Below the pieces are notes generated by a model. It was not told the origin of the DNA. It was given only the letters and a program-made list of their open reading frames with translations, and did no database searches. From Candidatus Eiseniibacteriota bacterium (GTDB lineage Bacteria; Eisenbacteria; RBG-16-71-46), in contig JACOSV010000045.1 in the NCBI GenBank assembly GCA_016178725.1, forward strand, positions 51 through 64,050: a stretch of DNA of 64,000 nt, written 5' to 3'. Made by a program: the position numbers and the translations under genes. Of this stretch, positions 42,404-52,309 are shown piece by piece. The stretch's first letter is position 1. Each line of letters begins with the position of its first letter.

Positions 42404-44593
42404 GGCGCGGCCTCGCGGCGTGCGGCGCGCTCGGGCTGCTCGCGTGCGCATTCGGCGCGTCGCTCGCGGCGCCGGTCACGGTGGACGCGACGCTCGACCG
42501 CCGCAGCGTCACCGTCGGCGAAGCGGCGACGCTGCAGGTCATCGTGCGCGGCGCGCCGATCGGCGTGGACGCGCCGACGCTCGACCTTCCCTCGGGGCTC
42601 GACGTGCTCAGCACCGGGCGCGCGAACAACTTCACGTTCGTCGACGGGAAGAGCGCGGTCGAGGCGATCTTCCGCTATCAGATCGCCGCGAATGCCGCCG
42701 GGCGCTACGGCATCGGTCCGATCGCCGTGCACGTCGGGAAGGAGACGTTCCGCAGCCTCCTGGTGCATCTCGACGCGTCGGCGGCTCCCTCGCACCTGGG
42801 CGCGGAGCCCGCGAGCGCGGGCACGGCGGCGGCGCTGTTCGTCGACGTCGCCCCGGCGCGTCCGTGGGTGGGGCAGCCGTGCGTGATGCGCGTGCGGCTG
42901 GTCCAGCGCGCGCCGCTCGCCGAGGACCCGCAGTACACGCCGCCCGCGACACCGGGATTCTGGTCCGATCCTACCGGCGCGCCCGAGTCGTACTACGCCG
43001 ACGAGCACGGGCGCCGCGTGCTCGTCACCGAAACGCGCGCACGTCTCTACCCGCTGGCTCCGGGTCCGGCGACGATCGGCGAGGCGTCCGCGACGCTCGT
43101 GCTGGCGGTCGGACCGCGCGATCCGACGCCCTGGACATCGGCGCGCGCGCCGCGGCACGAGGTGGCGGTGCGCAGCGCTCCGGTCGCGGTGGACGTGCGG
43201 GCGCTGCCGCCCGGCGCGCCGCGGGGATTCAACGGCGCGGTCGGCGACTTCACGCCGGGCTGGACCGCTGATCGCGCGCGCACGTCGCTCGACGTTCCGG
43301 TGACCGTTCGCCTCGATGTGCGCGGACACGGCAACCTGCCGCTCCTGCGTCCGCCGGAGCTTGCGGCGCCGGACGCCGAGGTCTTCGCCGGCACGATGGA
43401 CGACAGCCTCGCGAGCCCGGGCGGCGACGGCGTCGGCCGCAAGCGATTCCAGTGGTCGGCGCTCGCGCGTGGCGTGGGACGGCTCGCGGTCCCCGCGCCG
43501 CGCTTCGCGTGGTTCGATCCCGGGGCGGGCGCCTACCGCGTCGCGGATCTCCCCGCGGTCGCGATCGACGTCGGCCCGGCGCTGTTCGCGGGCGCCGCGG
43601 GCGGTCCCGGACTTCCTGCGGCGTTCGCCGCGGGGACGGATCCGGGAGCGCGCGCGCCGGCGCCGTGGGCTTGGGCCCTCGGTGGTCTGCTGATCGGCGC
43701 CGCGTTGGTGGTCGCGCGCGGCGGCGCGGATCCGCGCGCGGCGGTCGCGGCGCGCGCCCGGCCGCTCGAGTGGCTGCGCGCCGTGGGCCGGACGAACGGT
43801 CCGGACTTCTGGCGCGCCGCCGAGGACGCGAGCGCGTGGCTCGCGACCGGCGGACACGACGCCGAGTCGGTGCGCCGCGACATCGCCGCGGCGCGCTTCG
43901 GCGGCACCGGAATCGACGTCGAGCGCGTGCGCCGCGAGCTCGTGGAAGCGATCTCGGCGGCGCTTCCCCCGCGGCGGCGATCGGCGGCGCGACGCGCGAC
44001 GGCGGTCGTGCTCGTGCTCGCGGCGGCCGCGGTGATGACGGCGTTCGCTCCGCGCGCCGGCGACGCGCCGCTCGCCGCGCGGATGCGTGCGGCCGACGGG
44101 GCCGCGGCAGGCGGCGATCTGGGCGCCGCGCGCCGGGGGTGGGCGTCGCTCTGGAGCGACGGCGCGCGCGCGCCGGGCATCGCGGCGCGGCTCGCGTGGG
44201 CCGAGGTGCAGAGCGGCGCGATCGGGCCCGCCGCGGCCTGGGTCGTGCGCGCGGCGCTGGCCGATCCGGCCGCTCGAGTGGGCGATCGCCGCCGCGCTGC
44301 TGGGCGCGGCGGCGGGGAGCGTGTGGCCGCGACGGCGCTGGACGGTCCTGCTCGCGCTCGGCGCGGCGCTCGCCGGCGGGGCCGATCCGATCCAGTCGGC
44401 AATCGCAGCCCGCATCCCGCGCGCAGTCGTGCGCGAGAGCGTGGCGATCGAGGGCGCGGGTCTCGATCTCCAGCCGGGTCAGGTGGTGCGCGTGATCGAA
44501 CACGCCGGCCCGCGCGCGCACGTGGCCGCAGGCGGCGGCGTCACGGGCTGGGTGCCGGCCGCGAGCCTCGACTCGGTGAACGCCGCACCGTGA
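42400..44593 (+). pseudogene. BatD/BatE-like protein, frameshifted near 44250
   Basis: BatD-like repeats (FNGAVG, GHGNL, WFDP); the TM + SH3-like C-terminus (GQVVRV...TGWVP) lies in the +1 frame ending at 44593. Confidence 0.7.
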
Positions 44594-45201
44594 TCGCGAC
44601 GCACGGACGGGCGCCGGAGCGGCTGCTGGTCGGCGTCGCGATGGTGCTCTCGCTCCTCGGGTCGATCGACGCGTTCGATCGCGACGTCGCGCACGCGGTC
44701 CAGGCCTCGCGCATGCCCGCGGCCGAAGGCTGGATGCGCGGCGCGAGCGGTCTCGGCACACCGGCCCTCGTGCTCGGCGGCGTGCTCGCGATCGCGATCT
44801 TCGCCGGGCCGGCCGGCGTCCCGACCGCGCGGGCGATGATCGCGGTGCTCGCTCCGGTCAACGCCGTGGTCGAGCTCACCAAATTCGCGTGCGGCCGCGT
44901 GCGACCGGATGGAACCCGCGATCGCGCCAACTCGTCGTTTCCATCCAGCCATGCGGCCAACGCCGCGGCCATCGCCCTGCTGCTCGCACGGCGCTGGCCC
45001 AGGGGGATCCCGGTCTATGTCGCCCTGGCGTCGGCCGTCGCCTACTCCCGGATGTACCTCAACCGCCACTTTCTGAGCGACGTCGTATGCGGTGTCGCCA
45101 TTGGACTTGTCATGGCCGTCCTGGTGCTGAACCGGATTCGCGGGACGGCGTGGTCATGGGAGCGCAGCTTGGGCGTTGGCGGGTCGGGCACCCTCTGCTA
45201 G
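44590..45201 (+). CDS. PAP2 family phosphatase
   Basis: K-X6-RP, PSSH, SR-X5-H-X3-D; GTG overlaps the 44593 stop. Confidence 0.88.
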   Translation: MIATHGRAPERLLVGVAMVLSLLGSIDAFDRDVAHAVQASRMPAAEGWMRGASGLGTPALVLGGVLAIAIFAGPAGVPTARAMIAVLAPVNAVVELTKFACGRVRPDGTRDRANSSFPSSHAANAAAIALLLARRWPRGIPVYVALASAVAYSRMYLNRHFLSDVVCGVAIGLVMAVLVLNRIRGTAWSWERSLGVGGSGTLC

Positions 45202-45204
45202 GCT
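45176..45204 (+). promoter_or_regulatory. putative sigma70 promoter
   Basis: TTGGCG-N17-TAGGCT with extended TG. Confidence 0.4.
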
Positions 45205-45233
45205 TCGTGCGGTTGCGGAGGTGCCTCAACACG

Positions 45234-45701
45234 ATGACCCTCGGGACGACGCTCTCGGTTCTCGACCCCTCGCTCTACATCCCGGACCTCAAGGCGCGAA
45301 AACGTGACGCGGCCCTCGCCGAGCTGGCGGAACTCGCGCAGCGGCAGGGCGTGGTGCGCGGCGCTTCGCTGCTGCTCGACCTCCTCCTCTTGCGCGAGCG
45401 TCTCGGCACCACCGCGGTCGGCAAGGGCGTCGCGCTTCCCGCCGCCCGCTCGCTGACGGTCGAGCGTCCGCAGCTCGTGATCGCGCGCTCGCGCCGCGGC
45501 ATCGACTGGTCGGCGTTCGACGGCGAGCCCGTGTCGCTCGTGCTGCTCGCATTGAGCCCGGCGGAATCGAGCGACGCCGCACACCACGCGTTCGTCGCCC
45601 GCGGCGCCGCGGTGGCGCGGCTGCAGCGCAACCGGCAGAAGCTGCTCGAGGCGCCCAACGTCGAGACGGTGATGACCGTGCTGCGCGAGGTGACGGCGTG
45701 A
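45234..45701 (+). CDS. PTS EIIA (Fru/Ntr type)-like protein lacking the phospho-His
   Basis: RERLGTTAVGKGVALPAAR, GIDWSAFDGEPV. Confidence 0.85.
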   Translation: MTLGTTLSVLDPSLYIPDLKARKRDAALAELAELAQRQGVVRGASLLLDLLLLRERLGTTAVGKGVALPAARSLTVERPQLVIARSRRGIDWSAFDGEPVSLVLLALSPAESSDAAHHAFVARGAAVARLQRNRQKLLEAPNVETVMTVLREVTA

Positions 45702-46039
45702 GCGGCGCGGCGCGGCTGGTGCACCTCACCGATCTCGATCTGCTGATCGGCGAGGCGTCGGACCGCGACGGACGCGCGCGCCTCGGCAAGCTCGGCTTCG
45801 ACCTCGCCGGGCTCGCGCGGCTCGAGGCGGCGCGGGCGCGACTGGCCGCCCAGATCGAGCACCGCTGGATCGTCCTCTATGATCGCGCGCGCCGGCGCTA
45901 TGGCCGCGGCATGACGGCGGTGCGTGACCGGGTCTGCCAGGGCTGTTTCGTCACGCTCCCCACGTCGGCCGGCTCGCGGCCCGAGGCGGACGCGCTCGCG
46001 CTCTGCGCCTCCTGCGGCCGTCTCCTCTACAAGGGCTGA
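45698..46039 (+). CDS. C4-type zinc ribbon protein (short DUF164/CT398-like)
   Basis: YDR...CQGCFVTLP...CASCGRLLY. Confidence 0.82.
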   Translation: MSGAARLVHLTDLDLLIGEASDRDGRARLGKLGFDLAGLARLEAARARLAAQIEHRWIVLYDRARRRYGRGMTAVRDRVCQGCFVTLPTSAGSRPEADALALCASCGRLLYKG

Positions 46040-46107
46040 GCCGGCCCCGCGCGCGCCGCGGCGCGCTGCGGTATGCTCGTCCCTGCCGCCGGGCGGAAGG
46101 GAGTTCC

Positions 46108-46527
46108 ATGATCACAGCGCATCGGGTCGTTCGGGCAGGCCTGGCCATGGTGCTGCTCACGACCGGCGGATGCACGTCGCTCCGCGAGATCCCGCGCGGG
46201 GAGTACGCCGCACGCGGCGAGCGCAAGAACGTCGCGGTCGACACGCGCGAGGGTCTTCACTACGAGTTCGAGCTCGTGCGCGTCAGCGGCGACACGCTGA
46301 CCGGCTACCACCGCCGCGACACCGAGGGCTCGTTCGAGGAGTTCGACGCGGTGGCGCTGCCGCTCGACGGCATCACGAAGTTCTCGGGGCGACACGTCGA
46401 CTGGTACCGCACCAGCCTCGTCGGCGGCGGCGCGCTCGGTGCGGCGGTCCTCGGCGCGATCGCCCGTCATCACGGCTCGGCCGGCACCACCAGCGACACC
46501 GGCGGCGGGCTCAAGGGCGGCCCCTAG
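46108..46527 (+). CDS. hypothetical lipoprotein
   Basis: SD AAGGGAG, lipobox-like LTTGGC, C-terminal hydrophobic helix. Confidence 0.7.
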   Translation: MITAHRVVRAGLAMVLLTTGGCTSLREIPRGEYAARGERKNVAVDTREGLHYEFELVRVSGDTLTGYHRRDTEGSFEEFDAVALPLDGITKFSGRHVDWYRTSLVGGGALGAAVLGAIARHHGSAGTTSDTGGGLKGGP

Positions 46528-46583
46528 GCGTAGCCCCGCGCCGCGCCGGCCGGGGCGGGCGCCGCGACCGCCGGGGCGATGCG

Positions 46584-48038
46584 ATGAGTCCTCCGTTTCG
46601 ACACCTGTGGCAGAACTGGACGCTGGGCGCCGCCGAGGCGGCCGCGCGCCGCGCGAGCGATCGGCTGCGCGCACACGCGTGGCCCGCGCCGCTGCCCGAG
46701 GTGCTCGCCCGACTGCGCGAAGGCGGGCACGCGGCGTTGATCGTCGGCGGCTCCGTGCGCGACGCGCTCCTCGGCCGGTCGCCCAAGGGACTCGCGGACG
46801 TGGCGACCGATCTCCATCCCGATGCGGTCGCCACGCGCTTCTCGCACGTCGCGCCCACCGGGCTCCGGCACGGCACGGTGACGATCATCACGGATGTCGG
46901 TGCGATCGAGTGCACGACGTTCCGCCGCGAGGGCGCCTACTCGGACGCGCGCCGGCCCGATCGCGTCGAGTTCACGGCCGACCCGCTCGAAGACCTGGCG
47001 CGGCGCGACCTCACCGTGAACGCCATGGCCTGGGATCCCGATCTCGGCACGCTGCTCGATCCGTTCGACGGCGCCCTCGATCTCGAGCAGAGGACGCTGC
47101 GAGCGGTCGGCGAGCCGCTCGACCGGTTCCGCGAGGACGCGCTGCGCCCGCTGCGCGTCGCGCGCTTCACGGCGACGCTGGCGATGGAGCCGGACGCGGC
47201 GCTGCGCGCGGCGCTCGCCTCGCTCGCCGTCGAGGGGAGCGGCTATGCCGCCGAGGCGGTCGCGGTGGAACGCGTCTTCGCCGAGATCGCGGCGCTGCTC
47301 ACCGCGCGCGAGCCCTCGCGCGGCTTCGAGGTGTTGCGTGAAGCGCGGCTGCTCGAACGCTGGCTGCCGGAGCTCGCGCGCTGCCGTGGCGTGCCGCAGA
47401 ATCGTTTCCACGCCTACGACGTCTACTTCCACAGCCTCTACACCTGCGACGCGGCGCCGGCGGAGAAACCCGCCGTACGCTGGGCGGCGCTGCTCCACGA
47501 CGTCGGCAAGCCCGACACGCGGGTCGAGAAGCACGGCGAAGGGACGTTCTACAACCATCAGTTCGTCGGCGCCGCGATGGCGGGCCGTCTGCTCGATCGG
47601 CTGCGCGCGCCGGCCGCGCTGCGGGACGACGTCGTGCACCTCGTGCGCGAGCACATGTTCGACTACCGGCGGGAGTGGAGCGACGCCGCGCTGCGGCGCT
47701 GGCTGCGCCGCGTCGGTCCCGAGCACGTCGCCGATCTCTTCGATCTGCGCATCGCCGACATGCTCGGCAACGGGCTGAAGCAGGGATTCCCGGCCTACCT
47801 CGACGCGATGCGCCGGCGCATCGACGCGCTGCTCGCCGCCGAGCACGCGCTCGAGGTGACGGATCTCGCGGTGGACGGGCGCGACGTGATGCGCGAGCTC
47901 GCGATCCCGCCCGGGCCCGCCGTGCGCGAGGCGCTCGAGGCGCTGCTCGAAGAGGTGCTCGACGATCCCGTGCGCAATCGGCGCGAACACCTGCTCGAAC
48001 GCCTGCGCACTCGCGCGGCGCCGGCCTCCGGCGCTTGA
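46584..48038 (+). CDS. cca: tRNA nucleotidyltransferase (class II, CCA-adding type) with HD domain
   Basis: VGGSVRD, HGTV, DLARRDLTVNA, EDALR, LLHDVGK. Confidence 0.88.
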   Translation: MSPPFRHLWQNWTLGAAEAAARRASDRLRAHAWPAPLPEVLARLREGGHAALIVGGSVRDALLGRSPKGLADVATDLHPDAVATRFSHVAPTGLRHGTVTIITDVGAIECTTFRREGAYSDARRPDRVEFTADPLEDLARRDLTVNAMAWDPDLGTLLDPFDGALDLEQRTLRAVGEPLDRFREDALRPLRVARFTATLAMEPDAALRAALASLAVEGSGYAAEAVAVERVFAEIAALLTAREPSRGFEVLREARLLERWLPELARCRGVPQNRFHAYDVYFHSLYTCDAAPAEKPAVRWAALLHDVGKPDTRVEKHGEGTFYNHQFVGAAMAGRLLDRLRAPAALRDDVVHLVREHMFDYRREWSDAALRRWLRRVGPEHVADLFDLRIADMLGNGLKQGFPAYLDAMRRRIDALLAAEHALEVTDLAVDGRDVMRELAIPPGPAVREALEALLEEVLDDPVRNRREHLLERLRTRAAPASGA

Positions 48039-48064
48039 CACCCTTCGTCACCGGAACCTATTCT
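48035..48064 (+). promoter_or_regulatory. putative sigma70 promoter
   Basis: TTGACA-N18-TATTCT. Confidence 0.6.
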
Positions 48065-48116
48065 GCGCCGCGCAAAGGAGAAGGGGCTCTCCCTTCCGGC
48101 CCCGCATGAATCCCGG

Positions 48117-49097
48117 ATGACGATGTCCGCGGTCCAGAAACCGGTGCGGCGCGAGCTGGAGCGGGTGCAAACCCATCTCCGGGAACTCTTTCACACCCCG
48201 ATTCCGATCCTGAATCAGGTCGGCGGACACGTTCTCGCCACCCGCGGCAAGCGATTCCGGCCGACGCTGCTGCTGCTCACCGCGCGGCTGCGCGGCAATC
48301 TCGGCCGCGAAGCGGTTCTGTGCGCGACCGTGGTCGAGATGGTGCACGCCGCGGCGCTTATCCACGACGACTCGGTGGACAAGAGCGACCTCCGCCGCGG
48401 GCTGCCGACCGTCAACGGCCTGTGGACCGACGAGATGGCGATCATCATGGGCGACTATCTCTATGCGCAGGCCATGTCCACGCTGGTCCAGCACAAGCTG
48501 GACACGCCGATGTCGATCCTGGCGCGCGTCGTGACCGAGATGTCGTGCGGGGAGGCGTTGGAGTTCCAGTACGCCTACGACCTCGATGTCACCGAGGCGC
48601 AGTACGAGGAGCTGATCCGCGCCAAGACCGGTTCGCTGATCGGCGCCGCGACCGAGATCGGCGCCGGGCTGAACGGGGGCGCCAAGGACCGGCGCCGGCG
48701 CGCGCGCTACCGCGAGTTCGGCGAAACGGTCGGGCTGGCGTTCCAGATCGTGGACGATCTCTTCGACTACCTCGCCGATCCCGACGTGACGGGCAAGCCG
48801 GTCGGCTCCGACCTCGCCGACGGCAAGGTCACGCTCCCGTTGATCGCAGCCCTCCGGCTGGCGGGCCCGGCCGATCGTGAGCGGCTCAAGCGGCTCGCGC
48901 TGCGCAAACGCTGGACGCCGTCGCAATGGCGGCAGCTGGTCGCCCTGATCGAGCGCTGCGGCGGGTTCGAGTACGCGCGCGAGCGGGCGCGGGTCCACGC
49001 CGCCGCGGCGCGGCGCCTGCTCGGCGGCGAGCCCGACAACGCCGCGCGGCAGGCGCTCGACCGCGCCATCGACTACGCGGTCCGGCGCGATCACTAG
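48117..49097 (+). CDS. polyprenyl diphosphate synthase (IspB/HepT-like)
   Basis: GKRFRP, HDDSVD...RRG, KT, FQIVDD. Confidence 0.93.
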   Translation: MTMSAVQKPVRRELERVQTHLRELFHTPIPILNQVGGHVLATRGKRFRPTLLLLTARLRGNLGREAVLCATVVEMVHAAALIHDDSVDKSDLRRGLPTVNGLWTDEMAIIMGDYLYAQAMSTLVQHKLDTPMSILARVVTEMSCGEALEFQYAYDLDVTEAQYEELIRAKTGSLIGAATEIGAGLNGGAKDRRRRARYREFGETVGLAFQIVDDLFDYLADPDVTGKPVGSDLADGKVTLPLIAALRLAGPADRERLKRLALRKRWTPSQWRQLVALIERCGGFEYARERARVHAAAARRLLGGEPDNAARQALDRAIDYAVRRDH

Positions 49098-49139
49098 GTC
49101 GTGCCGACCGGCGCCGACCGCATCCATCCCGATCCCGCA

Positions 49140-49526
49140 TTGACCAGCCGCCACCGCGCGACGCCGCGCCCCGAAGCCCACGGCCTGCTGCTCGCCGCCG
49201 CCGCCGCTGCGGTGGGCAAGAAGGCGATCGACCCCATCGCCCTCGACCTGCGCAGCGTCGCCGGTGTCGCCGATTACTTCCTCATCTGCTCCGGCTCGAG
49301 CGAAGTCCAGGTCAAGGCGATCGCGGAGGCGATCGAGGAAGAGCTGGGCGGGCAGTCGGTGCGGCCGTGGCACGTCGAGGGCATGGAGGGCCGGCGCTGG
49401 GTGCTGCTCGACTACGTGGAGTTCGTCGTGCACGTGTTCCACGAGAAGACGCGCGAGTACTACCTGCTCGAACGCCTCTGGGGCGACGCCTCGCGGGTGG
49501 ATCTTGGTCTGGCCGACGCTGACTAG
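49140..49526 (+). CDS. rsfS: ribosome silencing factor
   Basis: DYFLICS, WVLLDY, YLLERLW; start uncertain (49101 or 49140). Confidence 0.93.
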   Translation: MTSRHRATPRPEAHGLLLAAAAAAVGKKAIDPIALDLRSVAGVADYFLICSGSSEVQVKAIAEAIEEELGGQSVRPWHVEGMEGRRWVLLDYVEFVVHVFHEKTREYYLLERLWGDASRVDLGLADAD

Positions 49527-51225
49527 GGGGCTCGCCGAGGCGCTGCGCGCCGCGGGCATCGACGTCGCGGACCGGGTGGAGCGGATCGAGCTCCAGATCC
49601 CGCGCGAGCCCGATCATGGTGACTGGACCACCAACGTCGCGCTGACGCTGGCGCGCGAGGCGAAACGGCCGCCGCGTGCGATCGCCGAGGCGGTGGCGAA
49701 GGCGTTCCCGCTCGCGGGCGGGCCGTTCGCGGCGGTCGAGGTCGCGGGCCCCGGGTTCCTCAACTTCCGCTACGGCGACGCGTTCCTCGCCGCCCTGCCG
49801 GCCCGGATCGCGTCCGACGGCACGACGTTCGGGCGCTCGGAGTTCGGCCGCGGCACCGCGTGTCTCGTCGAGTACGTGAGCGCCAATCCCACTGGCCCGC
49901 TCAACGTCGTCAACGCGCGCGCGGCCGCGGTCGGCTCGACGCTGGTGCGTCTGCTCGAGGCGATCGGCCACCGCGCCGAGGGCGAGTTCTACGTCAACGA
50001 CGCCGGCCGGCAGGTGGATCTGCTCGGCGCCTCGCTCGCGGCGCGGTTCGCCGAGCGCGCCGGGATCGCCCGCGCATTCCCGGAAGACGGTTACCAGGGC
50101 GCCTACCTCCGCGATCTCGCCGCGGCGCTGCCCGAGGCGGAAGCACGCGCGGCGCTCGCGCGGCCGGACGGCACGGCGTGGTTCCGCGACGCGGCGCTCG
50201 AGCGCGTCATCGAGTGGCAGCGCCGCGACCTCGAGGCGTACGGCGTCACGTTCGCGCGCTGGTTCCGCGAGTCGTCGCTGCACGCGTCGGGTGCCGTGGA
50301 CGAGACGCTGCGCGCGCTCGAGGCGCGCGATGTCGTCTACCGCGCGGCGCGGCCCGAGGTCGGCGGCGACGAGGACGAGCCCGAGGCGGCGCAGGGCGAG
50401 GCGACGTGGCTGCGCACCTCGCGCTTCGGCGACGAGAAGGACCGCGTGCTGGTCCGCGCCAACGGCGTGCCGACCTACCTGCTGCCCGACATCGCCTACC
50501 ACCGCGACAAGCGCGCGCGCGGGTTCCGCCACGGGATCGACATCTGGGGGCCCGACCATCACGGCCACATCACGCGCATGCAGGCGGCACTCGCGGCGCT
50601 CGGCGCGGAGCCCGACTTCCTCGAGATCCTGATCGCCCAGCAGGTGAATCTCCTGTCGGGCGGCCAGCCGGTGAAGATGAGCAAGCGGGCCGGCGAGTTC
50701 ATCACGCTGCGCGATCTGATGGACGACGTCGGCGCCGACTGCGCGAAGTTCTTCTTCCTCATGCGCTCGACCAGCGCGCACCTCGATTTCGATCTTGACC
50801 TCGCCAAGCGCCAGAACGACGAGAACCCGGCGTTCTACGTGCAGTACGCGCACGCGCGCATCGCCTCGGTGTTGCGCTACGCGGCCGAGCGCGGCCTCGC
50901 CGCCTCCGGCGAGGCGACGCCCTCGGCCGAGCTCGAGATCCCGGAGGCGCGGGCGCTGATCCGCAAGCTCGCCACCTTTCCCGAGCTCGTGCGCGGCGCC
51001 GCGGTCATGCGCGAGCCGCATCGCGTGCCGACGTATCTCGTCGAGACCGCGGCGGCCTTCCACCGCTTCTATCACGCGTGCCGCGTCGTGACCGACGACG
51101 CCGCCCGCTCGCGCGCGCGCCTCGCGATCGCCGCGGCGGCGCGGCAGGTGATCGCGAACGGCCTCGCGCTGATGGGCGTCTCGGCGCCGGAGCGGATGGA
51201 GCGGGCCGCGGAGGCCGCGACGTGA
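49504..51225 (+). CDS. argS: arginine-tRNA ligase
   Basis: HGD, AGPGFLN, SANPTGP, KMSKRAG, YVQYAHAR, terminal APERM. Confidence 0.95.
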   Translation: MVWPTLTRGLAEALRAAGIDVADRVERIELQIPREPDHGDWTTNVALTLAREAKRPPRAIAEAVAKAFPLAGGPFAAVEVAGPGFLNFRYGDAFLAALPARIASDGTTFGRSEFGRGTACLVEYVSANPTGPLNVVNARAAAVGSTLVRLLEAIGHRAEGEFYVNDAGRQVDLLGASLAARFAERAGIARAFPEDGYQGAYLRDLAAALPEAEARAALARPDGTAWFRDAALERVIEWQRRDLEAYGVTFARWFRESSLHASGAVDETLRALEARDVVYRAARPEVGGDEDEPEAAQGEATWLRTSRFGDEKDRVLVRANGVPTYLLPDIAYHRDKRARGFRHGIDIWGPDHHGHITRMQAALAALGAEPDFLEILIAQQVNLLSGGQPVKMSKRAGEFITLRDLMDDVGADCAKFFFLMRSTSAHLDFDLDLAKRQNDENPAFYVQYAHARIASVLRYAAERGLAASGEATPSAELEIPEARALIRKLATFPELVRGAAVMREPHRVPTYLVETAAAFHRFYHACRVVTDDAARSRARLAIAAAARQVIANGLALMGVSAPERMERAAEAAT

Positions 51226-52247
51226 CGGCGCACCGGCCGGCGCGGGGCCGGCCCGCGTCGGGAGCGAAGCCGCGCCCGGGGCGCGCGGCCGCGCCGCACC
51301 GCCCAGCGCCCGCGGACATCCTGGTCGTCGGCTCGGTGGCGCTGGATTCGGTGCGCACGCCCTACGGCGAGGCCGAGGAGGCGCTCGGCGGCTCGGCGTC
51401 GTACTTCGCCTTCTCGGCGAGCCACTTCGCGCCCGTCAAGGTCGTGGCGGTGGTGGGCGAGGACTTCCCGGACACGCACCGCCGGCGCTTCACCGCACGC
51501 GGCGTGGACCTCACCGGCCTCGAGACCGCGGCCGGCCGCACGTTCCGCTGGCGCGGCGAGTACATGGCCGAGCTCGGCCACGCCCACACGCTCGAGACGC
51601 AGCTCAACGTGTTCTCGACGTTCCACCCGCGCCTCGACGCGCGGCATACCGGCTGCCCGTTCGTGTTCCTCGCCAACATCGATCCCGATCTCCAACTCGA
51701 GGTGCTGGGGCAGATGCGCGCGCCAAAGCTGGTCTTGAGCGACACGATGAACTACTGGATCGCGCGCAAGCCGGAACGCGTCGTGGACGTGCTGCGACGC
51801 GTCGACGTCGCGCTGCTCAACGAAGAGGAGGCCCGCGCGCTCTCGGGCGAGACGCAGCTCGCCGCGGCGGCGGACCGGCTCATCGAGGTCGGCGGCCGCG
51901 CGGTGATCATCAAGAAGGGCGAGCACGGCGCGCTCTTCCGCTCGCGCGAGGAGCTCGCGATCACGCCGGCGTTCCCGCTCGAGCGGCTGCGCGATCCGAC
52001 CGGCGCCGGCGATTCGTTCGCGGGTGGGTTCCTCGGCTGGCTCGCGCGCTGCGGCCGCATGGACCGCGAGGCGGTGCGCCAGGGGCTCGCCTGCGGCGCG
52101 GCGATGGCGTCGCTGGCGATCGAGGCGTTCAGTCCCGAGCGGCTGATCACGACGACACCGGAGGAGATCGCGCGGCGCGTGCGGGCGCTGCACGGAATGG
52201 TTTCGTTCGGTCTCGAGCCGCTATTCGACGATCGGAGCGGGGGATAG
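51222..52247 (+). CDS. PfkB family sugar kinase
   Basis: VGSVALD, LGGSA, DPTGAGDSFAGG. Confidence 0.92.
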   Translation: MTAHRPARGRPASGAKPRPGRAAAPHRPAPADILVVGSVALDSVRTPYGEAEEALGGSASYFAFSASHFAPVKVVAVVGEDFPDTHRRRFTARGVDLTGLETAAGRTFRWRGEYMAELGHAHTLETQLNVFSTFHPRLDARHTGCPFVFLANIDPDLQLEVLGQMRAPKLVLSDTMNYWIARKPERVVDVLRRVDVALLNEEEARALSGETQLAAAADRLIEVGGRAVIIKKGEHGALFRSREELAITPAFPLERLRDPTGAGDSFAGGFLGWLARCGRMDREAVRQGLACGAAMASLAIEAFSPERLITTTPEEIARRVRALHGMVSFGLEPLFDDRSGG

Positions 52248-52309
52248 CCGGGTCCGCGAGGGGTGTGCTAGTCTGCCGACGTATCGCCCCCAGTCAAGGA
52301 GGTGCGGCC

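Noticed and set aside
42400-45201. 933-aa BatD-PAP2 fusion from the ORF track
   Set aside because: Better explained by a frameshift near 44250 and a separate PAP2 start at 44590.
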